Shown here in pieces: positions 49,911 through 61,797 of a stretch of DNA of 64,000 nt (the first letter of the stretch is position 1; each line of letters starts with the position of its first letter). The position numbers and the translations under genes are program-made. The notes below the pieces were generated by a model. The model worked only from the letters and a program-made list of their open reading frames with translations, had not been told where the DNA came from and searched no databases. The DNA comes from Octopus sinensis (Eukaryota): assembly GCF_006345805.1 (NCBI RefSeq), contig NC_043022.1, positions 18,166,001 through 18,230,000 of the forward strand, written 5' to 3'.

Positions 49911-50883
49911 CATTGAAGCGGAACAGACACAACAAACTGCTCTGAAGAGTTTCGTGTAACTCAATCGTCAGACAATCGACTGGCCATTAATCGGTCGAGT
50001 GAAACTCTGAGTAACAGTCTGGGGGAAACGTTTTCAGCTTTAATGAAATACTGTTTCACTCTACTTTTCGTAATTGAGTACTATTTTCTTGTTTTTCACC
50101 TGTGTTTGTTTGTGTGTGTGTGTGTGTGTGTGTGTTGTGAGGTTTTGTACTCGTGTTTGTCCTCCATTACTGCTTGACAGCCGTATCTCGTTTGTTTACG
50201 TTCCCATATTCTTCGCGGTTCGGCAAAAAGGGGCCAATAGAATAAGTGCCAGATTTAAGAAGGGAAAAAAAGGGACTGGGGTGCATTCCTTCGACTTGAA
50301 AATTCAAGGCAGTGCTCCAGCATGGCCGCAGACCAATGACTGAAACAAGTAAAAGAATAAAAGAACTTCTGTAAACTGTTAATCAAATATGATCTGTTGA
50401 GAATGTACCACGTTTCGCTAATTGTTTTATGTCCTGCGTAATCACGAGCAGGGAAAAAAATATTCTCTCAGCCCCTCCAACATAATGGAATATGGAGTTT
50501 GTAAAAGATGGCGGGCGAAAGGGCTGCAGTAATTAATCGTCGGATGGTAGTCATTTCTGTTAGATTAGATTGGAGTAATGTGAAATGAAGATACTTACTT
50601 AAGAACACAATGTGTAGCTGGGTCCAGGAATCGTTCTCAGGACTGTAAGCCTAACGCTTTAACCGCTGGGCTACTTTCTAATATTCTGTGTGCGTGTGTG
50701 TAATATTATTTGGGTAAAATGTTGAATGGGCTGTTGTAGAATGTTTTCATGCTTTCCAACCACATGGTTCGGGGTTCAGTCCCACTGCGTGGCACTTGCC
50801 AAGTGTCTTCTACTATAAGCCCCGGGCCGACCAAGGCCTTGTGTGTGGATTTGGTAGATGGAAACTGTAAGAAGATCGTCACG

Positions 50884-50916
<33 letters not shown>

Positions 50917-51179
50917 TGGTCCCGCGCCACTGTTTGACAACCGGTGTTGGTTTGTTAATGACCCTGTAATTCAATGGCTCAGCATAAGAGACTAATAGAG
51001 TAGGTACCACGTACCAGACTTGGGAAAATAAGCACTGCTGGTTGAATTGGTCGACTTAACTCTTCGATACAGTGCCCCAGCATGGCCGCAGTATGATCAC
51101 TAAAACACACACACACAAAACGAAGCTATTTTAAAAGTATTGTGTAATCTTATTGAATTCATCACAACGTATGCGTACA

Positions 51180-52560
51180 GCTTCCACACACACATACATT
51201 CATACACACACACACACGTACACTCAAACACATACACACACACATACACACTCACATTCATACACTCACACACACATTCACACACACACACTCACATACA
51301 CTAAAACACACACACACATACACACTCACATTCGTACACTCACACACACACACATTCACACTCACATACTCACACAAACACACACATTCACACACACACA
51401 CACTCACACACACACACGTACACTCAAACACATACACACACATACACACTCACATTCATACACTCACACACACATTCACATACACACACATACACACTCA
51501 CATTCATACACTCACACACACATTCACACACACACACTCACACATACACACGTACACTCAAACACATACACACTCACATTCATACACTCACACACACATT
51601 CACACACATTCACACACACACTCATACATACACACACATTCAGATATTCACACACACACGTACACTCAAACACATTCACACACACATTCATACACTCTCA
51701 CACACACACACACACTCACACACACACACACCAATTGTAACACCTACTCACCGACAACCCCCACTTCACCCACACACCCACACTCACGCGCTCATTAAGG
51801 TTTCTTCCTCGACGAGGAATTTATTGGATAGGTTAAGACTGTACATACTTCTTCTTCTTCCCTTTCTCCCTCTCATTCTTTATCCTCCTCATCATCATCA
51901 TCATCTTCTCATCCTTTCCGTCTCCTCTCCTCGTCATCATTCTCTTCTTTCGTCATCATCACTATCACCATCATCATCATCATCACTTCCTCCTCCATCT
52001 TCTCCCTCCTCCTCGCCATCCTCATCCTCTTCTCCTCTATCTCCTTCTCTTCCTCTATCGACCCCTCCTCCTCGCCATCTTCCTCCTCCATTTTCTTCTT
52101 CTCCTCCTCGCCTTCTTCTTCTTCTTCCCTTTCTCCCCCTCATTCTTTATCATCATCTTCTCATCCTTTCCGTCTCCTCTCCTCGTCATCCTTTTCCTCA
52201 TTCTCTTCTTTCCCACCGTCGTCATCATCATCATCAACATCATCATCGTCGTTGTCGTCATCCCTTCCTTCTTTTCTTCCACTTCCGCCTCCACCACCAC
52301 CTCCTCGTTCATCATCCTCACCATCATCATCAATATCGTTATCATCACTATCACCGTCATCATCATCATCGTGACCATCATGACCATCACCTCCTCCTCC
52401 ATCTCTTTCTTCTCCTCCTTCTCCTCCTCCACCTTCTTCCCTCTCCTCTTCCCTGCCATCCTCATCCTCTTCTCTCCATCATCATCCACTTCTCCTCCTC
52501 CATCTTTTTCCCCTCTTCCTCCATTTTCTTCCACTCCTCCTCCTCGCCGTCTTCTTCTTT
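51180..52560. repeat. CA-rich block followed by a ~720-bp pyrimidine-rich (TCC/TCT/TCA) block
   Basis: Direct reading. Confidence 0.9.
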
Positions 52561-52668
52561 TACGTACCATCGTCTATCGAACGCTTTTTTCTTTCTTTTT
52601 CTCTCTTTTATAATTCAAACTCAGTCGAGGGCTGGGGAGAGGGGTCAGAAGATGATTTTGGTTGAGGA

Positions 52669-53312
52669 CAGTGCTTCTCAACCATTTCCTTTCTTTCCTT
52701 TTTTACCTATGGACCCCTCCCTCTTTCATCCCTATGTTACGCGGGGTCAGGGGGACCATCAATAGGCATTCGATGTCTAAAAGAAATCCCAGAATATCTC
52801 TCTAATATTTATAAGGAATTGTATAAAAAGGAATGGTTTTATTCTTTTACTTGTTTCAGTCATATGACTGCGGCCATGCTGGAGCACCGCATTTAGCAGA
52901 ACAAATCGACTCCAGGACTTATTCTTTGTTAGCCTTGTACTTATTTTATCGGTCTCTTTTGCCGAATCACTAAGTTACGGGGACGTAAACACACCAGCAT
53001 CGGTTGTCAAGCGATGTAAGGGGGACAAGCACACACACAGACACACACACACCACATATATATATAGATATACGACGGGCTTCTTTCAGTTTCCGTCTAC
53101 TAAATCCACTCAGAAGGCTTTGGTCGGCTCGGGGCTATAGTAGAAGACACTTGGCCAAGGTGCCACGCAGTGGGACTGAACCCGGAACCATGTGGTTGGG
53201 AAGCAAAGCAATTTATTACAAATAAATTTTGACAAGATCTTGTATGGACCCCCCCCCCTAAGGGTCGTGTGGGGCCTTGAGAGCCGTGGTGGACCCCGGG
53301 TGAGAATCACTG
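52669..53312. mobile_element. hAT(Charlie)-like MITE interrupted by SINE B
   Basis: Ends cagtgcttctcaacc / gggtgagaatcactg with ggacccc subterminal motifs; no clean 8-bp TSD. Confidence 0.5.
52842..53209 (-). mobile_element. SINE B inserted inside a hAT-like MITE
   Basis: Homologous to the other B copies. Partial B copies also at ~6520-6600, 18312-18520, 25640-25790, 48300-48470, 50140-50365, 50745-51100, 60490-60700, 61320-61540 and 61825-61975. Confidence 0.85.
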
Positions 53313-53469
53313 GATTTGGTTGATGTTAAAAAGTGCAGTCGCACTGAGAAATTAATCGACAAGCTGGTCACAGTTGGATTGGCTTTAGATCATAAATTGT
53401 CTAATCGATGAGTTGATCTAGGAGTTAACTGCACCAGGGTATACAACAATTTTCTGGGCCTCGAATGGG

Positions 53470-53768
53470 TATTCAGTTCACGATCGTAAGGTCGCGGGTT
53501 CGATTCCTGGCGACGCGTTGTGTCCTTGAGCAAGACACTTTATTTCACGTTGCTCCAGTCCACTCAGCTGGCAAAAATGAGTTGTAACCTGTGATTCAAA
53601 AGGGGCAGCTTTTCCACAATCTGTGTCATGCTGAATCTCCCCGAGAACGACGGTTTTAAGGGTTTGCGTGTCTGTGGAGTACTCAGCCACTTGTACGTTA
53701 ATTTCACGAGCTAGTTGCTCGGTTGATTAAATCAGCTGGAACCAGCATCGTCGCCAGCGACGGAGTGC
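53470..53768 (+). mobile_element. SINE D1 (D middle plus A1 tail)
   Basis: gggttcgattcc..tgtccttgagcaagacactt..ccagtccactcagctgg, followed by a diverged A1 tail ending gacggagtgcc. Confidence 0.72.
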
Positions 53769-54582
53769 CGTTATGTATACGTGTGCGTGCGTATGTGTAT
53801 GTGCATTTGTATCTATATGTACGTGTAGGTATATGTATGTGTGAATATGTATGTGCGTGTGTATTTGTGAATGTGTGTGTGCGTGTGTGTGTATTTGTGT
53901 TTGTATCTTACGTGGGCGGAGTTATGTAACGGCTGTCCTTCGAAGTCCCTTACCTCATGGGAAAAAGAAAATAATTCGGAAGTGTATGGGAAGTGACTAC
54001 AAAGGAAAAAAATAAAAAGGGAAAATTTTTGTAAAATTTCCGTTTAATGAATCATAGCAAAAAAAATAAAATAAACAGAAATAAAACAAAACAAAAGCAA
54101 AGAAAGAAACACTCTATCTTTTTCATTTGTTACGTGATTTGGGACTTCGAAGGACAGCGGTCATTTAAATATGTCTATAGATGTAAGGGTGTGTACGTGG
54201 TTTCTGTTAATTATGGTTGTCTATAAGGCGGCCAGCTTGGCAGAAACGTTAGCGCGCCGGGCGAAATGCTTTGCGGTATTTCGTCTGCCGTTACGTTCTG
54301 AGTTCAAATTCCGCCGAGGTCGACTTTGCCTTTCATCCTTTCGGGGTCGATTAAATAAGTACCAGTTACGCACTGGGGTCGATATAATCGACTTAATTCG
54401 TTTGTCTGTCCTTGTTTGTCCTCTCTTTGTTTAGCCCCTTGTGGGTAATAAAGAAATAGGTATTTCGTCTGCCGCTACGTTCTGAGTTCAAATTCCGCCG
54501 AGGTCGATTTTGCCTTTCATCCTTTCGGGGGTCGATTAAATAGTACCAGTTACGCACTGGAGTCGATATAATCGACTTAATC

Positions 54583-57500
54583 CGTGTGTCTATCCTTGTT
54601 TGTCCCCTCTGTGTTTAGCCCTTTGTGGGCAGTAAACAAATAGGTATTTCGTCTGCTCGCTACGTTCTAAGTTTGTCTGTCCTTGTTTGTCCCCTCTGTG
54701 TTTAGCCCCTTGTGGGTAGTAAAGAAATAGGTATTTCGTCTGCCCGCTACGTTCTAAGTTTGTCTGTCCTTGTTTGTCCCCTCTGTGTTTAGCCCCTTGT
54801 GGGTAGTAAAGAAATAGGTATTTCGTCTGCCCGCTACGTTCTAAGTTTGTCTGTCCTTGTTTGTCCCCTCTGTGTTTAAGCCCCTTGTGGGTAGTAAAAG
54901 AATAGGTATTTCGTCTGCTCGCTACGTTCTAAGTTGTCTGTCCTTGTTTGTCCCCTCTGTGTTTAAGCCCCTTGTGGGTAGTAAAAGAATAGGTATTTCG
55001 TCTGCTCGCTACGTTCTAAGTTTGTCTGTCCTTGTTTGTCCCCTCTGTGTTTAAGCCCCTTGTGGGTAGTAAAAGAATAGGTATTTCGTCTGCCCGCTAC
55101 GTTCTAAGTTTGTTCTGTCCTTGTTTGTCCCCTCTGTGTTTAAGCCCCTTGTGGGTAGTAAAAGATAGGTATTTCGTCTGCCCGCTACGTTCTAAGTTTG
55201 TCTGTCCTTTTTGTCCCCTCTGTGTTTACCCCTTGTGGGTAGTAAAGAAATAGGTATTTCGTCTGCCCGCTACGTTCTAAGTTTGTCTGTCCTTGTTTGT
55301 CCCCTCTGTGTTTAAGCCCCTTGTGGGTAGTAAAAGAATAGGTATTTCGTCTGCTCGCTACGTTCTAAGTTTGTCTGTCCTTGTTTGTCCCCTCTGTGTT
55401 TAAGCCCCTTGTGGGTAGTAAAAGAATAGGTATTTCGTCTGCCCGCTACGTTCTAAGTTTGTCTGTCCTTGTTTGTCCCCTCTGTGTTTAGCCCCTTGTC
55501 GGTAGTAAAGAAATAGGTATTTCGTCTGCCCACTACGTTCTAAGTTTGTCTGTCCTTGTTTGTCCCCTCTGTGTTTAAGCCCCTTATGGGTAGTAAAAGA
55601 ATAGGTATTTCGTCTGCCCGCTACGTTCTAAGTTTGTCTGTCCTTGTTTGTCCCCTCTGTGTTTAAGCCCCTTGTGGTAGTAAAAGAATAGGTATTTCGT
55701 CTGCTCGCTACGGTCTAAGTTTGTCTGTCCTTGTTTGTCCCCTCTGTGTTTAAGCCCCTTGTGGGTATTAAAAGAATAGGTTATTTCGTCTGCCCGCTAC
55801 GTTCTAAGTTTGTCTGTCCTTGTTTGTCCCCTCTGTGTTTAAGCCCCTTGTGGGTAGTAAAAGAATAGGTATTTCGTCTGCCGCTACGTTCTAAGTTTGT
55901 CTGTCCTTGTTTGTCCCCTGTGTTTAGCCCCTTGTGGGTAGTAAAGAAATAGGTATTTCGTCTGCCCGCTACGTTCTAAGTTTGTCTGTCCTCGTTTGTC
56001 CCCTCTGTGTTTAAGCCCCTTGTGGGTAGTAAAAGAATAGGTATTCGTCTTGCTCGCTACGTTCTAAGTTTGTCTGTCCTTGTTTGTCCCCTCTGTGTTT
56101 AAGCCCCTTGTGGGTAGTAAAAGAATAGGTATTTCGTCTGCTCGCTACGTTCTAAGTTTGTCTGTCCTTGTTTGTCCCCTCTGTGTTTAAGCCCCTTGTG
56201 GGTAGTAAAGAAATAGGTATTTCGTCTGCCCGCTACGTTCTAAGTTTGTCTGTCCTTGTTTGTCCCCTCTGTGTTTAAGCCCCTTGTGGTTAGTAAAAGA
56301 ATAGGTATTTCGTCTGCCCGCTACGTTCTAAGTTTGTCTGTCCTTGTTTGTCCGCTCTGTGTTTAAGCCCCTTGTGGGTAGTAAAAGAATAGGTATTTCG
56401 TCTGCCCGCTACGTTCTAATTTGTCTGTCCTTGTTTGTCCCCTCTGTGTTTAAGCACCTTGTGGGTAGTAAAAGAATAGGTATTTCGTCTGCTCGCTACG
56501 TTCTAAGTTTGTCTGTCCTTGTTTGTCCCCTCTGTGTTTAAGCCCCTTGTGGGTAGTAAAAGAATAGGTATTGTCGTCTGCTCGCTACGTTCTAATTTGT
56601 CTGTCCTTGTTTGTCCCCTCTGTGTTTAAGCCCCTTGTGGGTAGTAAAGAAATAGGTATTTCGTCTGCCCGCTACGTTCTAAGTTTGTCTGTCCTTGTTT
56701 GTCCCCTCTGTGTTTAAGCCCCTTGTGTTAGTAAAAGAATAGGTATTTCGTCTGCCCGCTACGTTCTAAGTTTGTCTGTCCTTGTTTGTCCCCTCTGTGT
56801 TTAAGCCCCTTGTGGGTAGTAAAAGAATAGGTATTTCGTCTGCCCGCTACGTTCTAAGTTTGTCTGTCCTTGTTTGTCCCCTCTGTGTTTAAGCCCCTTG
56901 TGGGTAGTAAAAGAATAGGTATTTCGTCTGCTCGCTACGTTCTAAGTTTGTCTGTCCTTGTTTGTCCCCTCTGTGTTTAAGCCCCTTGTGGGTAGTAAAA
57001 GAATAGGTATTTCGTCTGCCCGCTACGTTCTAAGTTTGTCTGTCCTTGTTTGTCCCCTCTGTGTTTAGCCCCTTGTGGGTAGTAAAAGAATAGGTATTTC
57101 GTCTGCCCGCTACGTTCTAAGTTTGTCTGTCCTTGTTTGTCCCCTCTGTGTTTAGCCCCTTGTGGGTAGTAAAGAAATAGGTATTTCGTCTGCCCGCTAC
57201 GTTCTAAGTTTGTCTGTCCTTGTTTGTCCCCTCTGTGTTTAGCCCCTTGTGGTAGTAAAGAAATAGGTATTTCGTCTGCCCGCTACGTTCTAAGTTTGTC
57301 TGTCCTCGTTTGTCCCCTCTGTGTTTAAGCCCCTTGTGGTAGTAAAAGAATAGGTATTTCGTCTGCTCGCTACGTTCTAAGTTTGTCTGTCCTTGTTTGT
57401 CCCCTCTGTGTTTAAGCCCCTTGTGGTAGTAAAGAAATAGGTATTTCGTCTGCCCGCTACGTTCTAAGTTTGTCTGTCCTTGTTTGTCCCCTCTGTGTTT

Positions 57501-57613
57501 AAGCCCCTTGTGGGTAGTAAAAGAATAGGTATTTCGTCTGCTCGCTACGTTCTAAGTTTGTCTGTCCTTGTTTGTCCCCTCTGTGTTTAGCCCCTTGTGG
57601 TTAGTAAAGAAAT
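54583..57613 (+). repeat. ~88-bp tandem satellite (35 units) derived from SINE C
   Basis: Unit gtttgtctgtccttgtttgtcccctctgtgtttaagccccttgtgggtagtaaaagaataggtatttcgtctgcccgctacgttctaa; 34 junctions counted; directly continues the SINE C multimer at 54225-54660. Confidence 0.95.
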
Positions 57614-58267
57614 ATATATCTGTCTATCGTGTGTCAGTGTGTGTCTGTATGTGTATGTGTTCCCTCGCGTGTACCTCCGAGTAGCTGTATGTTTATGTAT
57701 ATGTACGATGTGTAAGAGTATTTTTATGTGTAGTCTATGTATGTATATGTATTTAGTTATGTATGTATGTACGTGCGTATGCATGTATGTATGCACTTAG
57801 GTATATAATATATATGTGTGTGTGGTATATTCTTTTCTTTCGCTTTTTAATTCAGTGTAAATTTTGAGCGGCCACCTACTGGGTAACAAGGTTGTCAAAG
57901 AAAGTATCTTCTTTTAAAGCGTCATCTTAAGAAGGTCTTACAAATTTTTTTCTAGTCCCAGATATCGTGATCATTTTGTAAACGAACGAATTCACAATTT
58001 GCCATATGTGCTCGCGTGCTTTTGTACCGTATGTGGGGGAAACGAAAGGAAGAATTTTGTTACACAGGCAAGTGTGTGTGTGAGATGGTTCTCTTTCAAT
58101 TCATCTTCTAGTCGACAAAATATTTTGTGTCTTATCTGCATTTTTCGCGTTCGATTCACGGTCCAGGTCGACTTAATCTCCTAGTGATGGGGTAGCGAGA
58201 GGCAATACAATAAAACAACAGCCATGTATCGAAATCTCTCTTTCTCTCTCACATATATCTATATAAA

Positions 58268-58390
58268 ATTAAAATTATAATTTAGAGTATCTAAGAGATA
58301 CCTCCACGCTGGAAATAGCAGCCAAAACTTGACTCTAAACCCACATTAAGGTGAAGGTATCTCTTAGATACCCTAAATTATAATTTTAAT
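58268..58390. repeat. Foldback: 39-bp inverted arms (2 mismatches), 45-bp spacer
   Basis: attaaaattataatttagagtatctaagagatacctcca versus the reverse complement of tgaaggtatctcttagataccctaaattataattttaat. Confidence 0.85.
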
Positions 58391-58461
58391 AATAATTATT
58401 ACCTTTGAAGGGTTTTATTCCCATGCTGGCCACTTGATAACTTCGATATTTAAATAACGAT

Positions 58462-58530
<69 letters not shown>

Positions 58531-59361
58531 TTTGTGTGTGTATGGGTATGATTGATCTTAATTCGGTTGTAGCAATTAAATGCTGTTTAACTGTTCTTGT
58601 AATACCATTGCAAACGTCGCCGACAGACACGCACACATACAGAACTGTACAGAACACACTGATATATGCACATCTATGTATATACATGAATACATACATA
58701 CATACATTTTGCATATATCATTTTAAACATGCTTTGACTATTGTTGCTGTTGTTGGCAGAATCGTTAAGCAAGCCGGGCGAAATGCTTAGCGATATTTTG
58801 TCTGCCGTTACGTTCTGAGTTCAAATTCCGCCGAGGTCGACTTTGCCTTTCATCCTTTCGGGGTCGATTGAATAAGTACCAGTTACGCACTGGTGTCGAT
58901 ATAATCGACTTAATCCCTTCGTCTGTCCTTGTTTGTCCTCTCTGTGTAGTAAAGAAATAGATATTTCGTACGTCCTTACGTTCTGAGTTCAAGTTCCATT
59001 GAAGTCAACTTTGCCTTTCATCCTTTCGGGCTCGGTAAATTTAAGTACCAGTTGTGTAATAGGGTTCAGTGTCATCGACTTACCTCCTCCCCCAAAATTT
59101 CAAGCCTTGTGCCCTATAATAGAAAAGATTATTGGCGAGTTGGCTGAATCGTCAGCACGCGGGGCGAAATGCTTAGCGGTATTTCATGTTATCTCTACGT
59201 TCTGAGTTCAAATTCCGCCAAGGTTGACTTTACCTTTCGTCCTTTCGTGATCGATAAAATTAATACCAGTTGAACACTGGGGTCAATGTAATCGATTCAT
59301 CCCCTCTTCCTCCAAGCTACCCTTGTGGCAAAAAATTGAAAATAATAATAATGATTATTAT

Positions 59362-59789
59362 TAGGATCTTTTCGGTTTGAACGGCAGTTTTTTTCTAGCG
59401 GTGTCATATGAAATTGTCACCCATAATTATGACCCTAGTATCGATCTATTGCATTTCAATCTGTTTTAGGGTTAGGGTTAGGGTTAAGGGTGGAGGAAGG
59501 GTATCTTTTTTTTCTTCAGAAATGTAAATAAACCCAATCTGTTTCTTAAACGAGGGACATATTCATACGGCACAGAATGTTTTCACCTCAATAGACGTCA
59601 TTGATTATTTGAAATTGCAGAAATTGAAGAAAAAAAAAAGAACAAATATCTTACAAAATATAGAATTTTCTCAATAAAACCAAGAGAAAAAGATGTTTTG
59701 TAGACACATTCTACCAGTATACGAAGTTTAAAAGTATTTAGTTCTGTGGAAATTATTTTAAAAAACTGCCGGTCAAACCGAAAAGATCC

Positions 59790-59791
<2 letters not shown>
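59362..59791. mobile_element. TIR MITE with internal (TTAGGG)3, TA-flanked
   Basis: ~31-bp TIRs taggatcttttcggtttga(a/c)cggcagttttt with 1 mismatch; sits in (ATT)n. Confidence 0.82.
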
Positions 59792-59830
<39 letters not shown>

Positions 59831-60244
59831 GTTGGCCTTGGCGTGGGAAAGTGATAAGAAGGAAGTAAAATATGAAAGATTTATGGAATATTTTGAGACG
59901 TGAGAGCGACATATTACTGTACTTCCCTATATATTAACATACACGTCTATGTACGTTTATGCTTAAATACATCTATGGTCGTCAGTTCTGTGTGTGTGTG
60001 TGTGTGTGTGAGAGTGTGTTGTTTAAAAAGCTGATATGAACAAAGATTCGAAACTGTATTCAGAAATTCAAAGGATTGTTTTGGTACAGTTGTAGAAAGT
60101 CTGTTACACTTACAGAAAATGTGAGTTCGATTCCCACGACCTGTCTTCGACATTTTCTGTCCAAAGTGTTTTTAACCCAATATTTATACGCAAGTGTGTG
60201 TGTGTCTCTATCTCTATATATATATGATAGATCGTTAGCTCCTA

Positions 60245-60417
60245 CATGCATTGTTTTCTCTCCTTGTTTTTTTTTCTGTGTATTTTTCTGTCGAAGAGCG
60301 TAGGCTCGAAACGTAAAAGACTATTTCTATTTCTATTCCTGAGCGCCATACTAATACATTTGTTTGTTTGTACTCCACCTGCCTTCGTCTTTTGTTTATT
60401 TTCGTAAACCTTCCCGT

Positions 60418-60418
<1 letters not shown>
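60245..60418 (+). mobile_element. Penelope-like pseudo-LTR fragment with minimal hammerhead-like motif
   Basis: CTGTCGAAGAGCgtagGCTCGAAACGTAaaagac at 60288-60315; runs into (TA)n at ~60419. Confidence 0.55.
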
Positions 60419-60455
<37 letters not shown>

Positions 60456-60852
60456 ATACATACATATATATAGAGAGGGCGAGAGTGAGAGAGAGAGCCA
60501 TTTGAGTGTGGTCATGCTGGAGCACTGCCTTGGAAGGTTTCAGTCGAACAAATCAACACCAGGACTTATTCTTTGTAAGCCTAGTACTTATTCTATCGGT
60601 CTCTTTTGCTGAACTGCTAAGTTATGGGGACGTGAAAGACACCAACACTGGTTGTCAAGCAGTGATGGGGGTCAAACACTGACACAAAGACCCCCACATA
60701 TAGACATATGTACATGTGTGTGTGTGTGTGTGTGTGTGTATATACAACCACCCTTGCTCTACCACTACACAATATCATATATACTATACACTTTAATATA
60801 TAAGTATATATAAACACACACTTATACATAACGTACACTCACACACATTATA

Positions 60853-60887
<35 letters not shown>

Positions 60888-61639
60888 CATGCAATATGAT
60901 TCAGCGCGATAGCTTTGTTCCACCTGTTAGAAATGTCACTGAAATGTGCCACAAATCACACCCAAATATCTTGTATAAGGTAAGAGGACATTAGCCAACC
61001 TAGTCTTATATAACTCTAAACAGATGGCTTGGTCATGCATGTAACACCTGTGATTCATAGATCTACCCTATCAGCATGAACACACGCATACATGTCTTAC
61101 ATAACATATATATGCGTACATAAGACACACACAATACACACACATACACTACACATGCTACCCAATAATATACACACTGAACACAGTTGCACAAGCATAC
61201 ACGTATACTACACATCAATGTATACGTCCATACATACGCATTACATTGTAGCATTCATTCATACAATGCATTAACACGCCCACTTTAATTGCAATGCCCG
61301 TGTGTGCTTGTATCTCTCTTTCACTCTCTTTTACTTCTTTCAGTCGTTTGACTGCGGCCATGCTGGAGCACCGCCTTCAGTCGAGCAAAATCGACCCCCC
61401 AGGACTTATTCTTTGTAAGCCTAGTACTTATTCTATCGGCCTCTTTTTTTGCCGAACCGCTAATTTACAGGGATGTAAACACACCAGCATCGGTTGTCAA
61501 GTGATGGTGGAGGAGGGGGACAAACACAGACACACAAACATATACACCATATACACCATATACACACACACAACACACACACACACACACACACACACAC
61601 ATTCCCCATGATAGATCACTAGCCACTACTCATTCTTTA

Positions 61640-61797
61640 TTTTCTCTCCTTATTTCTTTCTGTGTTCCTTTCTGTCGAAGAGCGTAGGCTCGAAACGTTA
61701 AAGACTTTTTCACTTCCCAAGCATTATACTAATACATCTGTTTGTTGTTAACACCACCATCTTCGTCTTTTGTTTTTTTTTTGTGAATTCTCCCCTC
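61640..61797 (+). mobile_element. Penelope-like pseudo-LTR fragment with minimal hammerhead-like motif
   Basis: cttt-CTGTCGAAGAGCgtagGCTCGAAACGTT-aaag at 61672-61699; runs into (TA)n at ~61798. Confidence 0.55.

Noticed and set aside
49722-49964. ORF spanning X residues
   Set aside because: It crosses the N gap.
59466-59490. True telomere or chromosome-fusion scar
   Set aside because: Only three perfect units, and they lie inside a TIR element.
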